DNA of 64,000 nucleotides from NCBI GenBank assembly GCA_963666055.2, contig CAXWPH010000011.1, positions 128,001-192,000 of the forward strand, given 5' to 3'. This DNA is from Acidobacteriota bacterium. Lineage in GTDB: Bacteria; Acidobacteriota; UBA890; WLXD01. Positions 10,736 to 21,235 of the stretch are shown one piece after another. A model generated the notes under the pieces. It saw only the letters and a list, made by a program, of their open reading frames with translations. It did no database searches and was not told the DNA's origin. The stretch's first letter is position 1, and every line of letters begins with the position of its first letter. The translations under genes and the position numbers were made by a program.

Positions 10736-11428
10736 TCACCGGTTGTTCCAGGCGTCGATCACGTCCGTGTGTGTCACGACCCTGGCGTGATCGTTGATAT
10801 ACAGCATCGCGTCTGCAAGCCGAGCGGGTTCGGTCGGTCGGATCGCGTCCTCGACGGCCACCGTGGCGTAGCCGAGGATCTCGGCGGTCGACAGGGTCGG
10901 CACGATGCCGACCTCGGCACCGACCCCGACGATAACGATCGTCGTAATCTCGTTCCAGCGCAGCAGCTCGTCCAGTGGCGTGGCGATGAACGCGTCGGAC
11001 CGGTATTTCCGCAGGATCCAGTCGAACGGAGCGGGCGCGATCTCCGGCGGGTTCTCCCAACCCCAGGTCCCTTCGTGCATCTGGTTGGTCGCCACCGGCG
11101 CAGCCGGGTCGATGTCCCGGGGTGGCCCGTAGTTAGAATAATCCGGATAGGTAGTCCATCGGACATACGCTACCCGCACGCCATTCTCCCTCGCGGCGGC
11201 GATCAGCTTCACCATCGGATCCATGATGCCGGTGATGTCGATCCGCTCACCCCGCTCCTCGAACCAGCCGCCTTCGGATACGAACGCGTTGAGCACCTCG
11301 TGGACGAGGAGGACCGTGTGCCCAGGCGCGACGACCTGCGAAAGCGGCGTGGGCGTACCTTGCGCCGAGAGCGTCCCTCCTGGAATCCACAGGAGGCCGA
11401 CCAAAGCGACGCCGACCGAGCTTGCCAT
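10736..11428 (-). CDS. Isochorismatase-family hydrolase with signal peptide
   Basis: TVLLVHEVLNAF, KYRSDAFIATPLDELLR, IVGVGAEVGI, VAVEDA. Confidence 0.8.
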   Translation of the reverse strand: MASSVGVALVGLLWIPGGTLSAQGTPTPLSQVVAPGHTVLLVHEVLNAFVSEGGWFEERGERIDITGIMDPMVKLIAAARENGVRVAYVRWTTYPDYSNYGPPRDIDPAAPVATNQMHEGTWGWENPPEIAPAPFDWILRKYRSDAFIATPLDELLRWNEITTIVIVGVGAEVGIVPTLSTAEILGYATVAVEDAIRPTEPARLADAMLYINDHARVVTHTDVIDAWNNR

Positions 11429-11893
11429 CGATAACCGGAATGCCTGGCTATATCTCACGGCGCGTACTCCACTAGATGCGCCGGTGTCGGTGCCAGAACT
11501 TGCCGGTGAAGCTGACCGCACCATGCGCGGGCGTTCCGAGAAAGTGGAACGGCAGTTAAGACCGACGCGCGCGCCCCAGTCAACCCTTCCGACCTACGGC
11601 TCCTCCGGCCGCTGCAAGTCGCTCTGCTCAAGCTTGTACACCTCGTCGACGATCCGCGCGTTAGCGCGTGTCGACGCCTCGAGCATCTCCGCCCTGGTCG
11701 CTGCGAGTGCCGGAGGTGGCTGGCCACCAACCCAGTTGCCATCAGGATGCCGCGATGCCGCCGAAGACGATCGGGTGGCGCGACTGCACCTCGTATTCAG
11801 CTATGCATTCGTGGTCCTCGAGACACTCGTCCACTACAATCCGCCAACGAGAGCACCGATGCCCGCGGAAACGAAACTGAGCATGCTGCCGTC

Positions 11894-14113
11894 ATGAGCA
11901 GTTCATCTGACGTTCATGTGGATCCCCGGATCACGCGGCGAGGGTTCCTGCAAGCGGCGGGGTTGACGTTCGGATTTGTCGTCGGTCTGCCTCCTCGGGA
12001 TGGCGCCGCTTCGTCCTCGACAGCGGGTGAGACGCTGGCGCCCAACATCTGGGTCAACATCGCGCCGGATGGAATCATCACTATCGTCAACCCGTCGGTC
12101 GAGATGGGCCAGGGAACGATGACGGCGCTGCCGATCATCCTCGCCGAGGAGCTCGATGCGGACTGGAGCGACGTGCGGATCGAGTTGTCGCCCTCCGACG
12201 ACAAGCTCTACGGAAACCCTGGATACGCGGGTATTCTCCGCACCGGAGCAAGCGCCACGCTCGCGGGCTACTACGACACGTTGCGGTTGCATGGAGCGCA
12301 GGCACGTCGGGTGCTTCTCGACAGCGCTGCGGCCAGATGGGGTGTGCCGGTGGAGGAACTTGCCACCGAGCCCAGCGTTGTCGTTCATAGGAGGAGCGGC
12401 CGTGAATTGACCTACGGCGAGGTGGCCGGGTTCACGACCATGCCCGCTCGCCCACCGGACATCGAACCGGGCGATCTCAAGGATCCTGCCGAGTTCCGGC
12501 TCATCGGCCATGATCTTCCACGGGCCGACATCCCGGAGAAGGTGGACGGATCGGCGCAGTACAGCATGGATGTGCGATTGCCGGGGATGGTCTACGCGAC
12601 GGTGCTGCGCCCGCCGGTCAGAGGGGCTCTGCCGGAACAGGTCTCGGAGGGCGAAGCGCGCAAGATACCCGGTGTCCTGGATATCGTCAGGCTCCCCTAC
12701 GGGGTCGGTGTGGTCAGCGAGACCGTCGAAGGGGCGCTGGCCGCCCAGGGCGAGATCGAGGTGGAGTGGCAACAGGTGGCGGGCTCGGCCTTCGACAGCG
12801 ACGCAGAGCTCGCGGCCCAAGCTAACCGGGCCCGCGAGATGAGCCGCGATGGTGCCAGCCGACAGGACCGAGAGGTGGGGACCGCCCTCGCTGCTGCGTC
12901 CCACCGTTACCTATCCGAATACAGTACCGAGTTCGTCTATCAAGCCCAGATGGAACCGTTGAACGCGGTGGCTTGGGTCAAGGAGGATGGCCAACGAGCC
13001 GAGATCTGGGCCGGATCACAAACGCCGACTTACTTGCTTCGCGTTGCCGCCAAGACGCTGGAGATCCCCATCGAGAACATCACGCTCCACAGAATGTATC
13101 TCGGTGGCGGCTTCGGTCGCAGATCCGACATGAGGCACGAATATGTCGTCGACGCCCTGCTCCTCTCTCGCGCGGCAGGCAAGCCGGTCAAACTCATCTG
13201 GAGTCGCGAAGATGATGTTCGCTACGGGCACTTCAAGCCCAGCAGCGCACACTATCTGCAGGCGGGTGTCGACGACCAGGATCGGGTGACGGCCTGGGAA
13301 CACCGAAGCGTAACGGACAATGTCCAGGCACAAGCCGATCCATACCTCAGGGAGCGGTGGTCGCAGCTCAGCCAGGAGACCTTGGATGCACTGACCTTCA
13401 ACCGCGGTCGAGGCTTGGGCCGCTATGAATTCGGACAACGACGACGACAAACCGACTACCGAGCCCTACCGGTGCGGATCGGCTGGATGCGAGGCATCAG
13501 CACGCTGCTCAACGAATTTGCCGCAGAGTCGTTTATCGACGAGATCACGGCCGACCGGGGTCTGGATCCAATGGAGTTTCGCCTCGCACACTTGAGCGAG
13601 CCGCTGGCTCGGAGCGTGCTGGACACCGTCGCCGAGATGGCAGATTGGACGCATCCGGAAGACCGAGCGCTCGGGGTCTCCTACGTGTCCTCTTTCGGAT
13701 GCCTGATGGCAACCGTCGCGAAGGTATCGGTCGATCGCGACAGCGGATGGATCCATGTACCTGACATCTGGGTCGCCATCGATATCGGTATCCCGGTGCA
13801 GCCACTCAACGTCGTTGGCCAGGTAGAGAGCTGTGTGGTGTATGCGCTCAGCAACGCCTTGACGGAGAGGATTTCTTTCAAGGACGGGCGTGTGCAGCAG
13901 TCCAACTTCCACGACTACCCGGTGATCACCATGGCGGATACGCCACAGATCCACGTCACGGTGGTTCGCTCGGAGCGACCGCCGACCGGGGTAGGAGACC
14001 GCGCTGGCCTCGGGGTAGCACCCGCAGTGGCAAACGGTTTTGCCCGCCTGACGGGTCGAAGACTGCGACACATGCCCATGACTCCCGAAAACGTCTTGCA
14101 GGCGTTGGCGTAG
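11894..14113 (+). CDS. Molybdopterin-binding subunit, isoquinoline 1-oxidoreductase beta (IorB)-like, Tat-exported
   Basis: TRRGFL twin-arginine motif, EMGQG, AEELDADW, QMEPLNA, GGGFGRR, QQSNFHDY. Confidence 0.9.
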   Translation: MSSSSDVHVDPRITRRGFLQAAGLTFGFVVGLPPRDGAASSSTAGETLAPNIWVNIAPDGIITIVNPSVEMGQGTMTALPIILAEELDADWSDVRIELSPSDDKLYGNPGYAGILRTGASATLAGYYDTLRLHGAQARRVLLDSAAARWGVPVEELATEPSVVVHRRSGRELTYGEVAGFTTMPARPPDIEPGDLKDPAEFRLIGHDLPRADIPEKVDGSAQYSMDVRLPGMVYATVLRPPVRGALPEQVSEGEARKIPGVLDIVRLPYGVGVVSETVEGALAAQGEIEVEWQQVAGSAFDSDAELAAQANRAREMSRDGASRQDREVGTALAAASHRYLSEYSTEFVYQAQMEPLNAVAWVKEDGQRAEIWAGSQTPTYLLRVAAKTLEIPIENITLHRMYLGGGFGRRSDMRHEYVVDALLLSRAAGKPVKLIWSREDDVRYGHFKPSSAHYLQAGVDDQDRVTAWEHRSVTDNVQAQADPYLRERWSQLSQETLDALTFNRGRGLGRYEFGQRRRQTDYRALPVRIGWMRGISTLLNEFAAESFIDEITADRGLDPMEFRLAHLSEPLARSVLDTVAEMADWTHPEDRALGVSYVSSFGCLMATVAKVSVDRDSGWIHVPDIWVAIDIGIPVQPLNVVGQVESCVVYALSNALTERISFKDGRVQQSNFHDYPVITMADTPQIHVTVVRSERPPTGVGDRAGLGVAPAVANGFARLTGRRLRHMPMTPENVLQALA

Positions 14114-14139
14114 CGGGCGGAAATCACCCGGAGGTTTCG

Positions 14140-14598
14140 ATGCGGTTCACTCTCATGGTCAATGGCAACGAGAAAACCGTTGAGGCTGAACCCAACACCC
14201 CCCTTCTCTGGGTGCTACGTGAACACATCGGGTTGACCGGCACGAAGTTTGGCTGCGGGATCGGCATGTGCATGGCCTGCACGGTTCACCTCAACGGCGA
14301 ACGAGCTCTAAGCTGCCAGACGCGGATCAGCGATGCAGCGGACCAGGAGATCACAACGATCGAGGGCCTCGCGGCCACTCAGCATGCTCTCCTGGGGGCA
14401 TGGGTCGAGGAGCAAGTGCCCCAGTGCGGCTACTGTCAGCCGGGGATGATCATGAACGCAGCTGATTTGTTGGCGAAGAATGACAACCCCAGCCGCGAAG
14501 ATATCGTTACCCACATGAGAAACATCTGCCGCTGTGGAACCTACCCGCGGGTGATCCGCGCCATCGAGCGAGTGGCCACCGAGCTCCATCGTCAGTAG
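14140..14598 (+). CDS. (2Fe-2S)-binding subunit, IorA-like
   Basis: GTKFGCGIGMCMACTVH, QCGYCQPG, CRCGTY. Confidence 0.93.
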   Translation: MRFTLMVNGNEKTVEAEPNTPLLWVLREHIGLTGTKFGCGIGMCMACTVHLNGERALSCQTRISDAADQEITTIEGLAATQHALLGAWVEEQVPQCGYCQPGMIMNAADLLAKNDNPSREDIVTHMRNICRCGTYPRVIRAIERVATELHRQ

Positions 14599-14820
14599 GC
14601 GACGTCCATCGAGTTCTTCGACGAAGTGGATCGTTACGATATTCGGATGGCCCGGTTGGACCGATTCGACATCGTGATCGAGGCGATCCTGCAGAACGCA
14701 GCCGGGTTTCGTGTGCACTGCTCGAATTCGGCGCACCAGCGAAATCGGGCGGCGGCGACACGCGACGCCGCCGTCGACCCCTTTCCTCGACCTTCTACCC
14801 ACGGAGCCCACAGGAAGCGG
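14575..14820 (-). pseudogene. Eroded Ser/Thr kinase fragment
   Basis: HPNIVTIHFVEELDGRRLLTMEL (kinase subdomains IV-V) with no intact flanking ORF. Confidence 0.5.
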
Positions 14821-14868
14821 CATCCCTTGTTCGCATCAGCGTGGCAGCGATAGTGTCTCCGCCATCAA

Positions 14869-16596
14869 ATGCTCCTGCGCACGACTGAACGGATCCACAT
14901 GATCGACGGGCAGCGCTTCCGGATGCTGATCGCAGCCCTGCCAATCCTGTGCCTGGCGTGGGACTCCGGGGCCCAGTCATCGATTCCTCCGGCGGATCTC
15001 GTTATTCGCGGCGGCACGGTGATCACCGTCGATCCGCAGGACCAGATCGCGTCCGCGGTGGCTGTGGTCGGCGACACGATCGTCGCAGTAGGTAACGAGC
15101 AGGAGATCAGCGCGCGCATCGGTCCCTCGACCCTGGTGATCGACCTGAAGGGTCGAGCGCTGTTGCCCGGGTTCATCGACACCCACTCGCACATCGAAGG
15201 ACTTGCGAGGTCCGAGTACCTGCGCATCCCTGTGCAGGTGCCCCCCCTGGAGAACACCGTGGCGATTATCGCGAAGCTTCAGGAACGGCAGGCCACGCTG
15301 CTGCCTGGCGCGTGGCTGATCGGACAGGGTACCTACTTACAGCCGATGCCCTCGAGGGAGGATCTCGACGAGGCGTTTCCCGACAACCCGGTCGATATTC
15401 GCTGGAGCGGCCACGACCACATCATCAACCACACGGCCGCGATTACGCTGGGACTGACGAAGGACACGCCGGATCCCGGAGGCAGAGGCCGCTTCGAGCG
15501 GCTCCCGGATGGTGAGGTCTACATCTGCCGTGACGTGGACGTCGGGCTGCCGACTCAGGAGTTCGCCTCCGGGCAGACGAAGGAGGCGGTGCGAGGGGTA
15601 CTCGAAGATTTCTACCTGCGGAATGGCGTCACCACCGTTCACGACATGTCGCCCTCGCCCGCCCTCCGCGCGTATCAAGAGCTGCGCGCGGAGGGCCGGC
15701 TCCCGACCCGACTCGTGGTGTCGTTCTCGGCGGCGCCGGGCGATCCGAAGTTTATTGTGCCCTCGGGATTGCACACCGGTTTCGGGGACGACTGGATTCG
15801 GATCGGCGGCGTCAAGATCATGCTGGACGGTGTCTGGGGAACGACAGCCTACACATACGAGCCGCACGAGAAGTACTCGGCCGCGGAAGGCTGGGCGCCC
15901 AACAATTACGGCGGAGCGGCCTTGTCGCAGGCGGAGCTGGACGCGCGCATCCTGGCGGCACACGAGGCCGGCTCCCAAGTGTACGTGCACGCCCTTGGCG
16001 ATCGTGCACAGGATATGGTGCTCGACGCGTTCGAAAGGGCGCAGCAGGCTCACTTCCGGCCCGATGCCCGCCTTCGCATCGAGCACTTCGGGCACGCCTT
16101 CGTGCAGGATCCGGAGCGCACGGCAGACCGGCTGGCCCGGATGAAACGCTTGGGTGTGGTTCCCGCGTGCCATGTCGCGATGATGTGGCGTGTGACCGAC
16201 ACCGTGCTCATGGAGAAGGATGTCAAGTTCTTCCCGATGAAGACGATCATCGACGCCGGCTTCCACCCGCCGGGCGGTGCCGACACGTTGGGGACACAGA
16301 ACTTCGCCACCAACCCGCTCTTCACGATAGGCCGGGCGGTGAACCGCGATAGTAAGCACGGGATCACCGTGCACCCGGAGGAGGCGATCTCGGTGGTGGA
16401 CGCAATCCGCATGTTCACGAGCTGGGCTGCCGAGGGCACGCTCATCGAGAAGAGCCGCGGCACGATCGAAGTCGGCAAGCTAGCGGATTTCGTGATCCTT
16501 TCGGGCGACCCGCTCCGCGTGGACCCGAAGACGATCGAGAGCCTCGAAGCCGACATGACGATCCTCGGCGGCTCCGTAGCGTACACACGGCGGTAG
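14869..16596 (+). CDS. Exported amidohydrolase-3 (YtcJ-like)
   Basis: PGFIDTHSH, GVKIMLDG, VHALGDRA, RIEH, GTIEVGKLADFVIL. Start may be 14899 or 14923. Confidence 0.88.
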   Translation: MLLRTTERIHMIDGQRFRMLIAALPILCLAWDSGAQSSIPPADLVIRGGTVITVDPQDQIASAVAVVGDTIVAVGNEQEISARIGPSTLVIDLKGRALLPGFIDTHSHIEGLARSEYLRIPVQVPPLENTVAIIAKLQERQATLLPGAWLIGQGTYLQPMPSREDLDEAFPDNPVDIRWSGHDHIINHTAAITLGLTKDTPDPGGRGRFERLPDGEVYICRDVDVGLPTQEFASGQTKEAVRGVLEDFYLRNGVTTVHDMSPSPALRAYQELRAEGRLPTRLVVSFSAAPGDPKFIVPSGLHTGFGDDWIRIGGVKIMLDGVWGTTAYTYEPHEKYSAAEGWAPNNYGGAALSQAELDARILAAHEAGSQVYVHALGDRAQDMVLDAFERAQQAHFRPDARLRIEHFGHAFVQDPERTADRLARMKRLGVVPACHVAMMWRVTDTVLMEKDVKFFPMKTIIDAGFHPPGGADTLGTQNFATNPLFTIGRAVNRDSKHGITVHPEEAISVVDAIRMFTSWAAEGTLIEKSRGTIEVGKLADFVILSGDPLRVDPKTIESLEADMTILGGSVAYTRR

Positions 16597-16884
16597 CGAA
16601 CATCCGACACGCCGACGCGTAGAGTCGGACCCTGCACGCCGATGGGACAGACGGAGGGAATTCTACCGGGCGCTGAGAAACCATGAGTACCGTTGATAAC
16701 TTCAAAGTCTATCGATTGGAGAGTGGTTGGTCGCCGTCGTTGCACCTTCTCTTGGCTCTCCGATCGTAGACGGAGTTCACCTGATCGCTAGCGAAGACGC
16801 CGCCTGATCGAATCCCGCAATCCACAAAGATTCGCAAACAACTCGGCTCTCACGGACTTTGCCCCTATCAGTCAGAGGAGACGG

Positions 16885-17940
16885 ATGATGAAGGTTCTTC
16901 GCGGTTTAGGGATGCTGGTGGGTCTCGTCGTCTTGGGCGCAGCTGTAGACCAACCGATGGGCCACGCCCAGACCACCATCAAGGTCATGGTGCCAACCGG
17001 CGTCAAGGAGGAACTGGCGGATCTGGAAGCCCGGTTGCCTAACCTCGAGCTCATCGAGGCGGAAGCGGAGCGTATCCTCGAGGCAGTGCCCGAGTGCGAT
17101 GCGATCATCGGTCTGGTCTACGGCCAGGACGCCCGGGAGATCCTTCGTCGTGGCAAAAAACTACGCTGGGTTCACAGCACTAGCGCCGGTGTGGAAAACA
17201 TTGTGCACCTGCCGGAGATGCAAAACAGCGACATCGTCTTGACCAACGCCAAGATCATCCAAGGCCCGGAGATCGCCGATCATGTGTTCGCCCTTCTGTT
17301 GACCCACACACGCAACCTGAAGCAATTCAACCAGGCAATGAGCGACGGCTGGATGCAGGACCTCGACAATCCCCGCCTGCCGATCATCGAACTGCGAGGC
17401 AAAACGATGCTGATCATCGGTTTGGGCGGCGTCGGCACCCAGGTGGCACAGCGCGCCGCGGCCTTCGGTATGCGTGTGCTTGCGGTCGATCCCAAGGACA
17501 TCCCGTTGCGACGCGACGTGGAATACGTCGGCAAACCGGATGAGTTAAACGATCTGCTCCCAGAAGCCGACGTCGTCGTGAGCTCCGTTCCTCACACACC
17601 AGAGTCGGAGGGGATGATTGGCAAGGAGCAGTTCGATCTAATGAAGGATGGCGTCTATTTCATCAATGTCTCGCGAGGCAAGATCGTCCAGACCGACGCG
17701 CTGGTCGCAGCGCTGCAGTCAGGCAAGGTTCGCGCTGCCGGTCTGGATGTCACCGACCCGGAGCCGCTGCCCAACGAGCATCCTCTCTGGGAGATGGGCA
17801 ACGTGATCATCACGCCGCATATCGCGTTCAGATCGGATCAGTCATGGGGACGGCAAGTGAAGTTGATGCAGGCCAACATCGAACGTTTTGTCACCGGGCA
17901 GCCACTGTTGCATGTGGTCAACCAGGCTGCCGGTTTCTAA
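16885..17940 (+). CDS. D-2-hydroxyacid dehydrogenase (NAD-binding) with N-terminal signal-like peptide
   Basis: GLGGVG, NVSRG, LDVTDPEPL, TPHIA; RBS AGAGGAG. Confidence 0.9.
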   Translation: MMKVLRGLGMLVGLVVLGAAVDQPMGHAQTTIKVMVPTGVKEELADLEARLPNLELIEAEAERILEAVPECDAIIGLVYGQDAREILRRGKKLRWVHSTSAGVENIVHLPEMQNSDIVLTNAKIIQGPEIADHVFALLLTHTRNLKQFNQAMSDGWMQDLDNPRLPIIELRGKTMLIIGLGGVGTQVAQRAAAFGMRVLAVDPKDIPLRRDVEYVGKPDELNDLLPEADVVVSSVPHTPESEGMIGKEQFDLMKDGVYFINVSRGKIVQTDALVAALQSGKVRAAGLDVTDPEPLPNEHPLWEMGNVIITPHIAFRSDQSWGRQVKLMQANIERFVTGQPLLHVVNQAAGF

Positions 17941-18170
17941 ACGCAGGCCCGCGCTTCCCGCCGCTGCGGTCCGCTTCGCCGGCCTCAACAACCCCTTGTC
18001 AGCACCGAGTTACTGAGATAAGACGTGCTACTAACCGTGGGGTCAGGTCAATGTCTTGGGTTCACTGCTCGGTCTGGCGGTGCCGACCCTTTCGGTCGGC
18101 CGTCCGAACTTGTCCGCGATTCGCGGCGCATCGGAGGCGCAAGAAAGAACCTCAAGTGTTTCGAGCGGTA

Positions 18171-18430
18171 CTACGGTCGTTCGGATGCCTCGCCGCTCAG
18201 TTGCGGATTGCGGGGAAAGAGCTGCGCCCCACGCTCGCGGACCTCGGCGGCCTTGTCCTCCTCTCCCGCTCGCCGGTAGAGCTGCGCGAGCTCGACGTAG
18301 GCGCGCGCGTGCTTGCGCTCCTGCGTCATCGTCTGCTGGTCCGCGATCAAGGTCTCGAGGACACCGATCGCGTGCTTCCACCGGTCGGTCTCGGGCTGAG
18401 ACCCGGCGAGCGCCATGGCGCTGCCAAAGC
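18171..18430 (-). pseudogene. C-terminal TPR-like fragment
   Basis: AYVELAQLYRRAGEEDKAAEVRERGAQLFPRNPQL is TPR-like; no credible start. Confidence 0.4.
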
Positions 18431-18890
18431 GCGCATCCCAGCTGTCGGGGTTGCTGTTCGAGTACGGCGAAGACGAATCGGACGCGCCCGAAGACGAAAC
18501 GGAACGCTGAGCAGTAGTAGGCTGAAGCGGCTCGTGCCGACGGACCCGTAGCGCGCTCGACGTTGCACCACTCTTGGCACCACATTCAATGCAACTTCGT
18601 CGTACGGGAGTGCACTCTGTTCGACGACTTATTTTCAACAACTGACAGGAATCCCGGTTACGTGTCCGAGTGCGGCAGCCGAGCTTTCGCCGGGACAACG
18701 CGCCCGCGAAACCAGGGCGACGTCACGGCGGTTCAGTGCCCAGAGTGCGCCGTCGTCAAGCTGGATTCCCCTCGAAAGCGACCTGGTCTCGTTGGTCTCG
18801 TGAGTGCAGCCTGGAGGCTCGGACGCGCGCCAAGCGTTGATTCCAACGCTTGATCGAAGATAATTGGTCCGATTCCCCTCGGAGGAACGT

Positions 18891-19736
18891 ATGTATACTC
18901 GCCGCCCCGTGGCCGCCCTCCTCGTGACAGCCGCACTCCTGGCGGGTGGCTCGGTCGCCATTGCGCAGCTTCCGATGAGCTCGCGTCCGCGGTCCGGAGC
19001 CGGTGTCACCCCGGTCTTCGAAGGCTGGTACACGAACCCGGACGGCACACTGATGCTGTCGTTCGGCTACTTCAACCGCAACACTGAAGAAACCCTCGAG
19101 GTTCCGCTCGGCGAGGACAATCGTTTCGGGGGCGGCGAGCCGGATCGGGGCCAGCCGACGGTGTTTCTGCCCGGTCGACAGTGGGGCGTGTTCGGCTTTC
19201 GCGTCGCGCCGGACATGGGCGACGGCAAGGTGTACTGGACCCTCAATACCCGAGGCGTATCCCACTCCGTCCCGGGACACCTGGACCGCGGCTATTACCT
19301 CGACGCCCTCGTGGGTGAAGCCGGGACTGGCAACACTCCGCCCGTACTGCGTTTTGCTCCCGAGGGCCCGCCGAGCCAGGGACCCGGTGGCAACTTCGGC
19401 CCATCGCTGACCGCGCGCGTCGGCGCGCCGGTGTCCTTGAGTATCCGGGCCAACGACGACTGGCGCTTCGAGCCCTATTGGCACCGGGGTCGCGATCCAG
19501 ATAATCTGACCTTGACATGGCAGAAGTACCGGGGACCCGGGAACGTCTCCTTCGACAGTGCTACGGTGCAGATCGCCCGCGGCTCGGACGACGTGGCAAC
19601 GACCGCCGCGACCTTCGACGAACCCGGTGAGTACATGGTCCGTGTGCTGGCCAACGACGTCTCGGGAACGTATCCGGCCGGCGCCGCACAGTGCTGCTGG
19701 ACGAACGCCTATGTACGCGTCACCGTCTCACCTTGA
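18891..19736 (+). CDS. Exported hypothetical protein with Ig-like C-terminus, partner of the downstream cytochrome/monooxygenase
   Basis: RBS GGAGG; signal peptide; PVFEGWYTNPDGT, FGYFNRN, TWQKYRGPGNVSF, CCWTN. Confidence 0.8.
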   Translation: MYTRRPVAALLVTAALLAGGSVAIAQLPMSSRPRSGAGVTPVFEGWYTNPDGTLMLSFGYFNRNTEETLEVPLGEDNRFGGGEPDRGQPTVFLPGRQWGVFGFRVAPDMGDGKVYWTLNTRGVSHSVPGHLDRGYYLDALVGEAGTGNTPPVLRFAPEGPPSQGPGGNFGPSLTARVGAPVSLSIRANDDWRFEPYWHRGRDPDNLTLTWQKYRGPGNVSFDSATVQIARGSDDVATTAATFDEPGEYMVRVLANDVSGTYPAGAAQCCWTNAYVRVTVSP

Positions 19737-19746
19737 GGAAGCTCCC

Positions 19747-21114
19747 ATGAAGAACAACCACCGTGCCCTTGCGGTCGCGCGATACAGCGCGCTCCTCCTC
19801 GCAGCCCCAGCAGCGGTTCTCGTGGCGAGCAACCTGGCGTTTGCCGCCGGCCCGGCCGGCGATGACGACCCGGTCACCTTCACCAAGGACGTAGCGCCGA
19901 TCCTGCAGGTGAAGTGTCAGGACTGCCACCAGCCGGATTCCATCGCTCCGATGTCGCTGATGACGTACGACGAGGTGTATCCGTACGTGGCGATGATCCG
20001 GAAAGAGGTCTCTGACCGGCGGATGCCGCCGTGGCACATCGACAAAACAAGGGGCATCCAGCACTTCAAGAACGACCGTTCGCTGACCGACGACGAGCTG
20101 GCCACCATGCTTCGGTGGATCGATGACGGCGCACCGATGGGCGACCCGGCCGACATGCCGCCGCCGCGCGAGTTCCTCGACCCGACCCGCTGGCACCTGG
20201 CGGAGCAGTTCGGCGAGCCCGACCTGATCCTACGCACCACGCCCTACACCGTGGCCGAGCTGGGGCAGGACAAGTGGTGGCGCCCGGTCGTGGAGACCGG
20301 GGTCACCGAGCCGCGGTGGGTCCGGGCTATCGAGGTCAAGCCTTCCTATCCAGGTGGCCGCCAGGCCGTGCACCATGTCATGGCCTACCTGATCCAGGAG
20401 GAAACGGAATACGCGGGTCTGCCGAGGAACTTGTCAGGCAGGCAGCGCCGCGCCGGAACGTTCATGGAACACGCGATCGGCAAGGTGGGCGAGGTGTTCC
20501 CGGAGGACACCGGCAAGCTCCTGCTGCCCGGTTCCGCGATCCAGTTCGAAGTCCACTACTACGCCTATGGCGACCCGGTTACCGACGACGTGGTGGAGAT
20601 GGGTATCTACTTCTACCCCCGTGGACACCGGCCGAAGCACCGCACCATGCTGCGCATGATCGGCGAGGGCTCGAGTGAGGGACGCCTGGAGATTCCACCC
20701 GGCACGGTCAGCATGATCCAGCACGAGATGGTTCTTCCGGTGCCGGCGCGTCTCCTGAACTTCCAGCCGCACATGCACATGCGAGGCAAGGCGCAATCGC
20801 TCGAGGCCATCTATCCGGACGGCAGACGTGAGCTGCTCGCCCACGTGGACAACTTCCAATGGAACTGGCAGGTCAACTACATCTTCGAAGACGATGTCGC
20901 GCCCCTACTGCCGGCCGGAACGACCCTCATGGTCACAAGCTGGCACGACAATACCGCCGACAACCCGCATAACCCGGACCCTGAGAACTGGGTGGGCTAT
21001 GGCGATCGCACCGTCGACGAGATGGCGCACGTGTGGATCGACCTCACCTTCATGGAGGAGGAGGCCTTCGACGAGGCGGTAGCCCGGCGAGAGGCCGCGG
21101 GTGCGGGGGAGTAG
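19747..21114 (+). CDS. Exported c-type cytochrome fused to a Cu type II ascorbate-dependent monooxygenase-like domain
   Basis: TFTKDVAPIL, CQDCH heme motif, MPPW, VHH, PHMHMRGK, DEMAH. Confidence 0.82.
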   Translation: MKNNHRALAVARYSALLLAAPAAVLVASNLAFAAGPAGDDDPVTFTKDVAPILQVKCQDCHQPDSIAPMSLMTYDEVYPYVAMIRKEVSDRRMPPWHIDKTRGIQHFKNDRSLTDDELATMLRWIDDGAPMGDPADMPPPREFLDPTRWHLAEQFGEPDLILRTTPYTVAELGQDKWWRPVVETGVTEPRWVRAIEVKPSYPGGRQAVHHVMAYLIQEETEYAGLPRNLSGRQRRAGTFMEHAIGKVGEVFPEDTGKLLLPGSAIQFEVHYYAYGDPVTDDVVEMGIYFYPRGHRPKHRTMLRMIGEGSSEGRLEIPPGTVSMIQHEMVLPVPARLLNFQPHMHMRGKAQSLEAIYPDGRRELLAHVDNFQWNWQVNYIFEDDVAPLLPAGTTLMVTSWHDNTADNPHNPDPENWVGYGDRTVDEMAHVWIDLTFMEEEAFDEAVARREAAGAGE

Positions 21115-21235
21115 AGCGACCGCTCTCTTCGGCTTGATCGCCTGAACCCGATCCTGTCGCGCTGCGAGGTGCACCGCGGGAGGTCTGTCTCGCCGGCGGG
21201 AAATCCGTTCACCGCCAGCATGGCGGAAGGCTAGC

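Noticed and set aside
11590-11710. Short minus-strand coding-like stretch (…RANARIVDEVYKLEQSDLQRPEEP*)
   Set aside because: Probably a gene remnant, but it has no start and no recognisable family.
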